IMG/VR virus record: IMGVR_UViG_3300005337_000441
Location: 1 to 64,000 of that record
DNA length: 64,000 bases
Direction: 5' to 3' (one strand)
Numbering within the stretch: the stretch's first letter is position 1; every line of letters begins with the position of its first letter. Made by a program: the position numbers and the translations under genes. Below the pieces are notes generated by a model that had not been told where the DNA came from, ran no database searches, and saw only the letters and a list, made by a program, of their open reading frames with translations. Of the stretch, positions 1 through 8,782 are shown in pieces.

Positions 1-408
1 GCCAACCAAGCCACGGCGGTCTCCATCATTCAAGCTGGTGCGGTGTACGTCTACGAGAGATCGGGCGTGACATGGACACAGGGTGCAAGACTGGTGGCGT
101 TCGATCGGGGCGCTGGCGACACTTTTGGATGTTCAGTGGACATCAATGCTGAAGGTAACAAGGTCATCGTGGGAGCCTTGTTGGCAGACGTCAGCGCACT
201 CACCACAGCAGGGGCGGCCTACGTGTTCACACTCGTGGGCGCCGCATGGGTTCAAGAAGCGAAACTCACGGCTTCTGACAAGGCTACCGGAGACAACTTT
301 GGCTGTGCTGTCGCCATTTCGGGCGAAGGCAGTCGAGCGGTCGTCGGTGCTTGGCAGGAGGATCCCGGCGGAACCAACAACGCAGGCAGCGCATACGTGT
401 ACTCCTGA
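1..408 (+). CDS. FG-GAP beta-propeller tail fibre/receptor-binding protein, 3' end only (starts upstream of window)
   Basis: Frame open from base 1 (ANQATAVSIIQAGAVYVYERSGVTW...); FG-GAP_2-type blades (EAKLTASDKATGDNFGCAVAISG...GSAYVYS); same C-terminus as the downstream paralogues. Confidence 0.75.
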   Translation, partial: ANQATAVSIIQAGAVYVYERSGVTWTQGARLVAFDRGAGDTFGCSVDINAEGNKVIVGALLADVSALTTAGAAYVFTLVGAAWVQEAKLTASDKATGDNFGCAVAISGEGSRAVVGAWQEDPGGTNNAGSAYVYS

Positions 409-424
409 CGTAGCAAACGCACTG

Positions 425-450
425 GCCGCTCCCTTCGGGGGGCGGCTTTT
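425..450 (+). terminator. Intrinsic terminator
   Basis: GCCGCTCCC-TTCG-GGGGGCGGC followed by TTTT. Confidence 0.75.
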
Positions 451-513
451 GCCGAAATCTATTGGGCGGGTCGAAGAAGATCCGTATAGTTTTGAAGCTG
501 AAAGGATACAGCA

Positions 514-2469
514 ATGCAACGTTCCAATCAGCCGCCGACGCCCGCTGTCCAGGACCTGACTGCGGTCGTGCCTGTGAACAAAGGCGGTACGGGGGCAACG
601 AATGTTTCTCAAGCCGCCACCAACCTGGGCGGCATCAACAGCTCCACCCTTGGCCAAGCCAACGGTCTGGCGCAGATGAACGGCTCGGGCCTCATCCCTC
701 AGGCTCAACTGCCTGACGCGGCCGTGGCGGGTCCCACCCTCTCGGGCTCCAGCACCCTGTCACTTGCTCAGATCGCCACGTTTGTGATCAGCAACTACGA
801 CAGTAACAGCACCTATGCGGTGAGCTGCTCAGCCGGCACGATCTCCATCAACGGCGACACGATCACCTACACGGCACCGGGCTCGGCCGGTACGTACACC
901 ATCACGGTGGCAGGCAAGAACTTCAGCGTCGTGGTCGGCGCCATCAAGCCCGTGACACCCACGCTCACGATGACTTCGTCGGGCAACAACACCGCGGCCA
1001 ACGTCGACATGTCGAGTTCGGCCTTCCTGATGGCCGCCGGTACGAGCACACACAAGAGCACGGACTGGGAGGTCTACAGCGACGCCAACCTGCTCAACCT
1101 GGTGAAATCCTCGCTGGACGACCTCACCAACAAGACCGGCTACGGTGCCACGGGTCTGGCTCTGTCCACGACCTACTACGGACGCTGCCGTCATCGCGCT
1201 GCCAACAACGAGGTTTCTGTCTGGTCTGACGTGGTCTCTGTCACCACCAAGGCCAAGTACGTGCCCACGGCTGAAGAAGCCAAGATCGTGGCCAGCGACA
1301 AGGTGGCGAGCGACGCGTTCGGCGCTTCCGTCGCAGTTGACAGCACGGCCACCCGTATCATCGTGGGTGCTAACCTGGCTGACGTCAGCGGTACGACCGA
1401 TGCCGGTGCGGTCTACGTTTTCATCCGTTCGGGGGTAACCTGGACGCTGGAACAGAAGATCACCGCCTCGGACAAGGCGGCCAGCGACAGCTTCGGCAAG
1501 TCGGTGGCCATCGACGCGGACGCCACCCGTCTGGCAATCGGCTCCTACCAGGCCGATGTCAGCGCAGTGACTGACGTGGGTGCGGTGTACATCTACCTGC
1601 GCACCGGCACGGTCTGGGCGTTCGAGCAAAAGATCGTGGCGGCCGACCGTGTCACGGGCGACTACTTCGGCTGGAGCCTGGCCATGGCCACCGACGGTTC
1701 TCGTCTGGTGACCGGCGCCATTCGCAACGACGTGAGCAGCATTCCGGACTCCGGCGCGGCCTACGTGTTCTCGCGCTCCGGCGCCGTCTGGACGCAAGAG
1801 CAGAAGATCGTGCCGACTGATCCGGGCAACACCGACTTCTTCGGCAACCGTGTGTCGTGTGACGCGAGCTGCACCCGCATTGCGGTCGGCGTGCGTCTGG
1901 CTGAAACCGGTTTCACCAACTCTGGTGCCGCCTACGTGTTCCTGCGCACGGGCACCACCTGGGCTCAAGAGCAGAAGATCATCCCGTTCGACGCGGCAAC
2001 CGAACTGAACTTCGGTATGACGGTGGCTCTCGACGCTACCGGTACCCGCATGGTCGTGGGCGCTCCGGCCACGGGTGCGGGCACGAGCTCGACCATTTCG
2101 GCGGTGTACATCTACCTGCGCTCCGGCACGGTCTGGGCGCTGGAGCAGAAGATCGCACCGTCGGACAAGGGTGCGGGTGACCAAGTCGGCTACTGGGTGG
2201 CCATCAACGCCACGGGTTCTCACGTCGTCGTGGGCTCTCACCAGAACGATCCGGCCAGCGTCTCCAACGCAGGTGCTGCCTACCTCTTCTCACGCAACGG
2301 GACCACCTGGAACCAAGAGAACAAGTACACGGCGTCCGACAAAGCGGCCAATGACGGCTACGGTATCACGGTGGCGATCTCTGCGGACAACTCCCGTGTG
2401 GTGATCTGTGCCTCCGATGCTGACCCGGGCGGTACGGTCGACGCCGGTGCGGTGTACGTCTACTCCTAA
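514..2469 (+). CDS. Tail fibre paralogue: GGTGA-type N-terminal anchor, Ig/Fn3-like modules, 7-bladed FG-GAP propeller (651 aa)
   Basis: VPVNKGGTGATN..AATNLG fibre motif; Fn3-like STHKSTDWEV...YYGRCRH...WSDVVSVTT; seven EQK.....D..G..VA blades ending GAVYVF/Y. Confidence 0.75.
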   Translation: MQRSNQPPTPAVQDLTAVVPVNKGGTGATNVSQAATNLGGINSSTLGQANGLAQMNGSGLIPQAQLPDAAVAGPTLSGSSTLSLAQIATFVISNYDSNSTYAVSCSAGTISINGDTITYTAPGSAGTYTITVAGKNFSVVVGAIKPVTPTLTMTSSGNNTAANVDMSSSAFLMAAGTSTHKSTDWEVYSDANLLNLVKSSLDDLTNKTGYGATGLALSTTYYGRCRHRAANNEVSVWSDVVSVTTKAKYVPTAEEAKIVASDKVASDAFGASVAVDSTATRIIVGANLADVSGTTDAGAVYVFIRSGVTWTLEQKITASDKAASDSFGKSVAIDADATRLAIGSYQADVSAVTDVGAVYIYLRTGTVWAFEQKIVAADRVTGDYFGWSLAMATDGSRLVTGAIRNDVSSIPDSGAAYVFSRSGAVWTQEQKIVPTDPGNTDFFGNRVSCDASCTRIAVGVRLAETGFTNSGAAYVFLRTGTTWAQEQKIIPFDAATELNFGMTVALDATGTRMVVGAPATGAGTSSTISAVYIYLRSGTVWALEQKIAPSDKGAGDQVGYWVAINATGSHVVVGSHQNDPASVSNAGAAYLFSRNGTTWNQENKYTASDKAANDGYGITVAISADNSRVVICASDADPGGTVDAGAVYVYS

Positions 2470-2484
2470 GCCACTACAACCTCT

Positions 2485-2526
2485 GGAGGCATCCTGGCTT
2501 CGGCTGGGATGCCTCCTATGCTTTTT
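2485..2526 (+). terminator. Hairpin terminator followed by TATGC
   Basis: GGAGGCATCCTGGC-TTCG-GCTGGGATGCCTCC-TATGC-TTTTT. Confidence 0.75.
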
Positions 2527-2602
2527 CGCAACATCATTTGGCGGATCGCTTATATATGGTCCGAATAGCTTTTCCTCAGTGTGTCCTTGAAAGGATTTCC
2601 CC

Positions 2603-4537
2603 ATGACTCGACAGCTGTCGGCTCCGACCCCCTCGGTGCGGCGCCTGAACATTGTCGCAGCGGTCGCCAAGGGTGGTACCTCTGCCGACAACTCGGTCGA
2701 CGCGGCAACTCAACTCGGAGCAGTCAATCTCTCAACCATCGGCGTGGCCAACGGGCCTGCCAAGGTGCAAGCCGGTGGTTTGATCGACGTGAACAACCTG
2801 CCCGCTGCTTTCCCCAAGGGTCCCACGCTGGATGGCCCTTCGGATTTCTACATCGGCGCGGTCCACACGCTGACCATCACGAACTACGACGTCGCCTCTG
2901 ACGCCTCCTACACGACCAGCGTGACGGCGGGTACGGTCAGCCGCAGCGGCGCCACCATCACCTTCACGGCACCGGGCACCATCCAGACCGTGACGCTCAC
3001 GGTGGCAGGTCGCGCAATGCAGATCAACGTGAAGAACACCGCCCCGATCACGCCTTCGATCGTGGCACCGGTGAACTATGCGACGAATCAAAGCTCGGTC
3101 GTCTACATCACGGGCAGCGCCTTTGCCCTGCCCACGGGTACGCCGTCTCATCAGTTCAGCGACTGGGAGATTGCGCTGGACATCAATTTCACGAACGTCG
3201 TGGCTCAGAGCTTCAACGACACGGTGAACAAGACCAGCTGGACGGCTCCGACCCTGTCGGCGGCAACCCAGTACTACGTGCGCACGCGCTACAAGGACAC
3301 GGTCCAGGGCTACAGCCAGTGGTCCAACCCTTCGACCTTCACCACGAAGGCCAGCTTCACCATCAGCACCGAAGAAGCCAAGCTGGTGTCTACGGACATC
3401 GCTTCCGGCGACAACTTCGGTCAATCCGTGGCTGTGAGCGGTGACGGCACCCGTGTCGTCGTGGGCGCTCATGCCAAGAACAGCTCCACCGGTGCGGCCT
3501 ATGTGTTCCTGCGCAACGCCAACGGCACGTGGACCCAAGAGCAAAAGATCGTCCCCAACGATCCGACCAGCGGTTCGGCCTTCGGTTACTCCGTCATGAT
3601 CTCCATCGATGCCACGCGCATCGTGGTGGCGGCTCCTTCCAAGACCGTCACGGTCAGCAGCCAAGGTTGCGTCTACGTCTTCTCTCGTTCGGGCACGACC
3701 TGGACCCAAGAGCAACGTATCGTGGCCAGTGATCCGGCCACGGGTGACGACTTCGGGATCTCGGCCTCCTTCAGCACGGACATGACCCGCATGGCGGTGG
3801 GTGCTGACCTGAAGACCGGTTCGGTGTCCTCGCAAGGTGCGGTGTACGTGTTCACGCGGTCTGGCACCGTCTGGTCACAAGAGCAGAAGCTGTTGATCGC
3901 TGACCCGCTGGCCAGTGACAAGTTCGGCTTCTCGGTCTCGCTGGACGCCACGGGCACGCGCTTCGTTGCCGGTGCTCAAGGCAAAGCCACCAGTGCCGGT
4001 GCAGCCTACATCTTCCTGCGTTCGGGCGTGACCTGGGCACAAGAAGCCAAGCTGCTGCCTGCGGACCCGACCAACAACTCGTTCTTCGGCTACGCCGTGG
4101 CGTCGAACTCCGACTGCACTCGCTGCGTCATCGGCGCGTACGCCAAGACGGTCACTCAGAGCACTCAGGGTGCGGCCTACATCTTCAACCGCAACACCAC
4201 GACCAACGTGTGGACCCAGGAGCAGCGTCTCGTGGCCACCGATGCGGCTGCGGCGGACTCCTTCGGCTACTCGGTCGCCATCCAGGCCGACGGTGTGCGC
4301 GCCTTCATCGGTGCACGCACCAAGAGTGGCGTGAGTGGTGTCAACCAGGGTGCAGCGTACATGTTCCTGCGCAATACTGGCACGAACGTCTGGGCTCAGG
4401 AGAACAAGCTCTCGGCCAGCGACAACGCCGCAGGTGGTCGCTACGGTCACAGCGGCTGGTTCGCTGACAGCGGCAATCGTGTCGTGATCGGTGCGAACAA
4501 CGCCGACAGCCAAGGTGCGGCCTACGTCTACGGTTAA
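2603..4537 (+). CDS. Tail fibre paralogue with 7-bladed FG-GAP propeller (644 aa)
   Basis: Same architecture as 514..2469; seven blades counted (EEAKLV..., EQKIV..., EQRIV..., EQKLL..., EAKLL..., EQRLV..., ENKLS...). Confidence 0.75.
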   Translation: MTRQLSAPTPSVRRLNIVAAVAKGGTSADNSVDAATQLGAVNLSTIGVANGPAKVQAGGLIDVNNLPAAFPKGPTLDGPSDFYIGAVHTLTITNYDVASDASYTTSVTAGTVSRSGATITFTAPGTIQTVTLTVAGRAMQINVKNTAPITPSIVAPVNYATNQSSVVYITGSAFALPTGTPSHQFSDWEIALDINFTNVVAQSFNDTVNKTSWTAPTLSAATQYYVRTRYKDTVQGYSQWSNPSTFTTKASFTISTEEAKLVSTDIASGDNFGQSVAVSGDGTRVVVGAHAKNSSTGAAYVFLRNANGTWTQEQKIVPNDPTSGSAFGYSVMISIDATRIVVAAPSKTVTVSSQGCVYVFSRSGTTWTQEQRIVASDPATGDDFGISASFSTDMTRMAVGADLKTGSVSSQGAVYVFTRSGTVWSQEQKLLIADPLASDKFGFSVSLDATGTRFVAGAQGKATSAGAAYIFLRSGVTWAQEAKLLPADPTNNSFFGYAVASNSDCTRCVIGAYAKTVTQSTQGAAYIFNRNTTTNVWTQEQRLVATDAAAADSFGYSVAIQADGVRAFIGARTKSGVSGVNQGAAYMFLRNTGTNVWAQENKLSASDNAAGGRYGHSGWFADSGNRVVIGANNADSQGAAYVYG

Positions 4538-4606
4538 CAACAAGGGTCCGTAGGACTCAAGTAGTTTTACGGATCCTCTTTAACTTTAGACTTTTCAGGA
4601 GAAGCA

Positions 4607-6454
4607 ATGGGACGGGAAGTTACCCCTCGCTCCATCCCTGTGTCCAAGATGGTTGTCCCTCTTGAACACGGCGGTACGGGTGCGAATGTGGCGCCAGACG
4701 CTGTCACCAACCTCAACCTTGTGACGACTGCACAGAAGGACCAAGTCAATGGTGTCTTCGCGCTGAACGCACAAGGCAAGATTCCGGGTTCGAAGTTCCC
4801 CAACACGGGTGCTCTGAACAAGGTCAACATGAACGGCAGCCTGACGGTCTACACCAGTCAGGTTGTGCAATTCACGATCACCGACTACGACAGCTTCCGT
4901 GCTTTCACGGTGTCGGTGGATTCCGGCACGGTGAGCCGCTCGGGTGACACCATCACCTACACGGCACCGGGCACGGCAGGCACGGCCAACCTCACGATCA
5001 ATGGTCGTGTGATTGCGATCACGATTGCGTTGCCGGCTCCGGCCACGCCGTCGATCACCTCGCCTGTGAACGGCACGACCAACGTCGTCAACAACCCGTC
5101 GTTCACTTCGTCGGCCTTCACGCCACTGGGGGACTCGTCCACGCATGCGTCCTCTGACTGGCAGATTGCCAGCGACGCAGGCTTCACGACGATCGTTTCG
5201 CAGTCGATCAATGACGCCACGAACAAGACGAGCTGGACCAGCTCGACGACGCTGGCCAACCTGACGACCTACTACGCTCGTGTCCGCTACAAGAGCACCA
5301 ACGGCAACTCCAGCGCCTACAGTGCGGCGGTGAGTTTCACGACGCGCGCCTTTGCTGCCGCGACAAGTGAAGAAGCCAAGATCGTGGCCTCCAACAAGAG
5401 CACCAATGCCCTGTTCGGCTTCTATGTCGACATCGCAGCTGACGGCTCTCGCGTGGTGGCCAACGCGCTGAACGTGGGCGGCTTTTACGTCTTCGTTCGC
5501 AGTGGTTCGACCTGGTCTCAAGAGACGTTCGTATCTGGTTCGGTGTGGTGTTCAACCATCGATGCAACTGGCACCCGTGTGGCCGTCGGTAACGCAAGCG
5601 GCGCCATCTCGATCTACAGGCGCTCGGTCTCGACCTGGTCCCTGGAGCAATCGATCAATGCCGGTGGTCAATTCGGCATCTGTATTGACTTCGACCAGGA
5701 CGCAACGCGCGTGATCGCTGGATCGAACACCGGGGCATTCGTGAACGTCTACAGCCGTTCCGGTGTGACGTGGACGCTGGAGCAAGCGCTCACCGACGCC
5801 ACCATCAGCCAGTTCGGCTGCTTTGCCTGCATGTCGTCCGACGGTACGCGTGTGGCGGCGACGGGCTACAACGGCGTGGGTGCCGGTTCCCCGAAGGTGG
5901 ACGTCTTCGTTCGTTCGGGCGTGACCTGGACACAGGAACAGCAGATCGGACCGACGACCGCTTCCACCAACATGGACTACTTCGGCGCTTGCATGGCGTT
6001 GGATTCCACGGGTACGCGTTTGCTGTGCTCTGCGAAGTACAACACCACCGCTGCGGGTATCACCGAAGCCGGTTGCGCCTATGTGTTCAAGCGCACGGGT
6101 TCCGCTTGGGCTCAAGAAGCAGTGCTCAAAGCCGACAACCCGGCTGCCAGCAACTACTTCAGCTCGGGCGCAGACATCAACGCCAACGGTGACGTCATCG
6201 CGTGTGGTTCGTGCTCTTCGGGTGCGGGCAACATCACGACGCTGTACATCTTCACCCGCACTGGCACCACCTGGACGCTGGGCAACAAGCTGCGTCCGAG
6301 TGACACGGTGGCCGGTGACAACAACCAGTTCGCGCTGAACTATCCTTACCGTCCGGTGGGGATGGCTAGCAACAACAGCCGCATCGTCTACAGTGCGGAA
6401 TACCAGGATCCGGGCGGCACTGTGGACGCTGGTTCGGCCTACATCTTCGTTTGA
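4607..6454 (+). CDS. Tail fibre paralogue with degenerate Cys-rich FG-GAP propeller (615 aa)
   Basis: GGTGA anchor, Fn3-like module, shortened blades, ends DPGGTVDAGSAYIFV. Confidence 0.7.
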   Translation: MGREVTPRSIPVSKMVVPLEHGGTGANVAPDAVTNLNLVTTAQKDQVNGVFALNAQGKIPGSKFPNTGALNKVNMNGSLTVYTSQVVQFTITDYDSFRAFTVSVDSGTVSRSGDTITYTAPGTAGTANLTINGRVIAITIALPAPATPSITSPVNGTTNVVNNPSFTSSAFTPLGDSSTHASSDWQIASDAGFTTIVSQSINDATNKTSWTSSTTLANLTTYYARVRYKSTNGNSSAYSAAVSFTTRAFAAATSEEAKIVASNKSTNALFGFYVDIAADGSRVVANALNVGGFYVFVRSGSTWSQETFVSGSVWCSTIDATGTRVAVGNASGAISIYRRSVSTWSLEQSINAGGQFGICIDFDQDATRVIAGSNTGAFVNVYSRSGVTWTLEQALTDATISQFGCFACMSSDGTRVAATGYNGVGAGSPKVDVFVRSGVTWTQEQQIGPTTASTNMDYFGACMALDSTGTRLLCSAKYNTTAAGITEAGCAYVFKRTGSAWAQEAVLKADNPAASNYFSSGADINANGDVIACGSCSSGAGNITTLYIFTRTGTTWTLGNKLRPSDTVAGDNNQFALNYPYRPVGMASNNSRIVYSAEYQDPGGTVDAGSAYIFV

Positions 6455-6470
6455 CCACACAGGAGAACAC

Positions 6471-7793
6471 ATGGGTCGCCAATTGACCAGTCCTGTGTTG
6501 CGCCAAAGCGATCTGGCTGTCCCCATCTCCAAGGGGGGCACCGGCGCCATCACCGCACCACAGGCTGTTTCGAACTTGAACTTGACGCCGACTTCCGTGA
6601 AGGACCAAGTCGGGGGTACTGTCGGGCTCAATGCCCAAGGCAAGATCCCCGGTTCCCGGTTCCCGAACGGCAACGGCTACAACAAGGTGAACGTGGACGG
6701 AAGTCTGAACGTGGTCGCTGGTACCACGGTGCAGTTCCAAATCACGGACTTCGACAGCTTCCGCAGCTATTCGATCAGTGCTGACGTGGGTACGGTGTCG
6801 CGAACCAACGACATCATCACCTACACGGCACCGGCCTCGCTGCAAACTGCGACGCTCACCGTCAACGGTCGTGCCATCTCGCTGGCCATCGTGGCAGGGC
6901 GTCCGGCTCAGCCGAAGATCCTGGCTCCGTTCGACAACGCGGTGGGTGTCACCACGGCTGTCACTGCGACGTCTTCGGCGTTCAACGCACTGGGACCTGC
7001 GGACACGCACCAAGACTCGGACTGGCAGCTTGCCTCGGATGTGAATTTCACGAACATCCTGCAGCAGTCCCTGGCCAGCACCACCAACAAGACGACGTGG
7101 ACACCCGCGACGCTTTCCAACCTCACCGTGTACTACCTGCGGGTGCGCCATCGCGGTGTGTCTGGCAACGTCAGCGACTGGAGTCGGACTTCGTCCTTCA
7201 CCACGCTGAACCTGCCGGCTCCGACCGTGAATCTGGATCCGGCGATGAACGCGCAAGCCAGCAATGGCTACTTTGGCGCGATCGGTACCTACACGGGCAC
7301 CGTTCAAAGCTGGGTGGCCAAGATCAACGGCACGCCTTATGCAGCAGGTATCCAGTTCAGCGGCGGCAACGTCTTCTGGAACGGTGCTCTGCCGTACAGC
7401 TTGAGCGGCACCACGCTCACACTGGAAGTCACCAACAGCGGTGGTACCAACTCGGACAGCTGCGCGATGAACATCACGCCTGCCCCGATGCCTACCCTGG
7501 AGACGCAGAACTGGTCTCTACCTATCAATGTGCCGATCAATACGTTCGGTGGCGTAGGCGGTCGCAAGTGGATTGCGCGTCCCGCGATCACCTTTGCCAG
7601 CGTGAACTCTGGCTCGCTGCCTCCTGGCCTCGGGATCACTGCCAACCAAGGCGGAAATCAAGACGTCATCATCACCGGTACGCCGACGCAAGCGGGAACC
7701 TTCACCTTCACGATGTCGGTGTTCCGTAGTTCGGACTACTCGGCCGATGAAACGGTCACCACGCCGACCATCACAATCACCATCACGCCTTAA
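6471..7793 (+). CDS. Tail fibre paralogue with Ig-like (He_PIG-type) C-terminus instead of a propeller (440 aa)
   Basis: AGGAG RBS before ATG 6471; N-half paralogous to 4607..6454; C-terminal GSLPPGL...ITGTPTQAGTFTF putative-Ig signature. Confidence 0.7.
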   Translation: MGRQLTSPVLRQSDLAVPISKGGTGAITAPQAVSNLNLTPTSVKDQVGGTVGLNAQGKIPGSRFPNGNGYNKVNVDGSLNVVAGTTVQFQITDFDSFRSYSISADVGTVSRTNDIITYTAPASLQTATLTVNGRAISLAIVAGRPAQPKILAPFDNAVGVTTAVTATSSAFNALGPADTHQDSDWQLASDVNFTNILQQSLASTTNKTTWTPATLSNLTVYYLRVRHRGVSGNVSDWSRTSSFTTLNLPAPTVNLDPAMNAQASNGYFGAIGTYTGTVQSWVAKINGTPYAAGIQFSGGNVFWNGALPYSLSGTTLTLEVTNSGGTNSDSCAMNITPAPMPTLETQNWSLPINVPINTFGGVGGRKWIARPAITFASVNSGSLPPGLGITANQGGNQDVIITGTPTQAGTFTFTMSVFRSSDYSADETVTTPTITITITP

Positions 7794-7797
7794 TACG

Positions 7798-7852
7798 TGA
7801 CGGACAAAAGAGCAGGAGGAGCCTTCGGGCTCCTCCTGCTCCTATGCTGTCA
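7798..7852. terminator. Bidirectional hairpin with flanking conserved motif
   Basis: TGACGGACAAAAG-AGCAGGAGGAGCC-TTCG-GGCTCCTCCTGCT-CCTATGCTGTCA between convergent genes. Confidence 0.8.
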
Positions 7853-8725
7853 TGTCAAGTCGACATTCAAGTCTTCACCGTTAGCCGTGATGGCGCCACC
7901 CGTCATCTTGATGTCACCACCTGCGAGCGTCACATCACCACCCGAGGTGCTCAAGCTGCCACTGATGGTCACGTCACCGTTGAGTTTGATGTCCGGTGAG
8001 TTGACCGTGGTAGAGCTGCTGGCGTTGATCGTCACGTCGGGTGAGTTCACATCCACCTTGGTGCTGGCATTCACCACAGCGTTCTGAGTGTTCACCTCCA
8101 CGTCCACATTGGTCGTGATAGTGAGCTTGTTGTTCGGGCTGTCCAGCAAGATGCTGTTGCCCACGTCATCCGTCACGAGAACCGTACCCACCGCCGTGTC
8201 GATCTTCACGTCGTACTTGAAGGGTTCGGTGTCGTTGTTGGATGTGTGCAGGTGCACGTACTTGTCATGCGTGCTCACCTCGAACCAGTAAGCCGTATCC
8301 TTGTCGAATGCGGTCTTGTAGTCCTTCTTGGGGATGTTACCCCAGATGTAGTTGACGGTCTCCTGGCGCCGGATGAGCGGCTCGAACATGTTCGTCGTCC
8401 AGTAGTACTCGTCGGTGTCGGCAAAGCGCCAGAGCATCACCGTCTCGCCTTCGATCACGTCAGGCGGTGTGGAGCGGTTCGGATTGCCAAAAGGCAGCCA
8501 CACGGCCACGATGGAGATGTCGCCCTCCATCTTGTCTTTGCGTTTGACGCCCTTGTGATCAGGCATGTCGATGTTGTACTCGATCTTCAGATCTTTGAGT
8601 CGGTCGTTGAACATCGAGATTTCCTCGATGGGAGTGACCTTGATCTTGTTCGTATTCCGGGGTTTGTCCTCAGAAACAATGCCCAGAGAGTAGAGTCGAA
8701 GCTGACTCATTCGGTTCAAACTCAT
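7850..8725 (-). CDS. Baseplate central spike (OB-fold plus beta-helix; phiKZ gp164-like)
   Basis: N-terminal LYSLGIV...WLPFG.NR.TPPDVIEGETV.LWRFAD.DEYYW; C-terminal Val/Asn/Thr-rich beta-helix repeats; adjacent to SbcC as in phiKZ-like phages. Confidence 0.7.
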   Translation of the reverse strand: MSLNRMSQLRLYSLGIVSEDKPRNTNKIKVTPIEEISMFNDRLKDLKIEYNIDMPDHKGVKRKDKMEGDISIVAVWLPFGNPNRSTPPDVIEGETVMLWRFADTDEYYWTTNMFEPLIRRQETVNYIWGNIPKKDYKTAFDKDTAYWFEVSTHDKYVHLHTSNNDTEPFKYDVKIDTAVGTVLVTDDVGNSILLDSPNNKLTITTNVDVEVNTQNAVVNASTKVDVNSPDVTINASSSTTVNSPDIKLNGDVTISGSLSTSGGDVTLAGGDIKMTGGAITANGEDLNVDLT

Positions 8726-8782
8726 ACCTGTCCTTTTTTCTGAGAGTCGAAGAATCTTGTAGATCCGACCCTAGGAAAATCA

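Noticed and set aside
270-2469. Diversity-generating retroelement acting on the similar 3' ends of fibre genes
   Set aside because: Comparing the 3' ends of the first two genes shows differences at all four bases, not only adenines; no reverse transcriptase or template repeat in the window
1270-6454. CRISPR-like or satellite repeats
   Set aside because: The periodicity is protein-level FG-GAP blades with variable codons; there are no constant repeats with unique spacers
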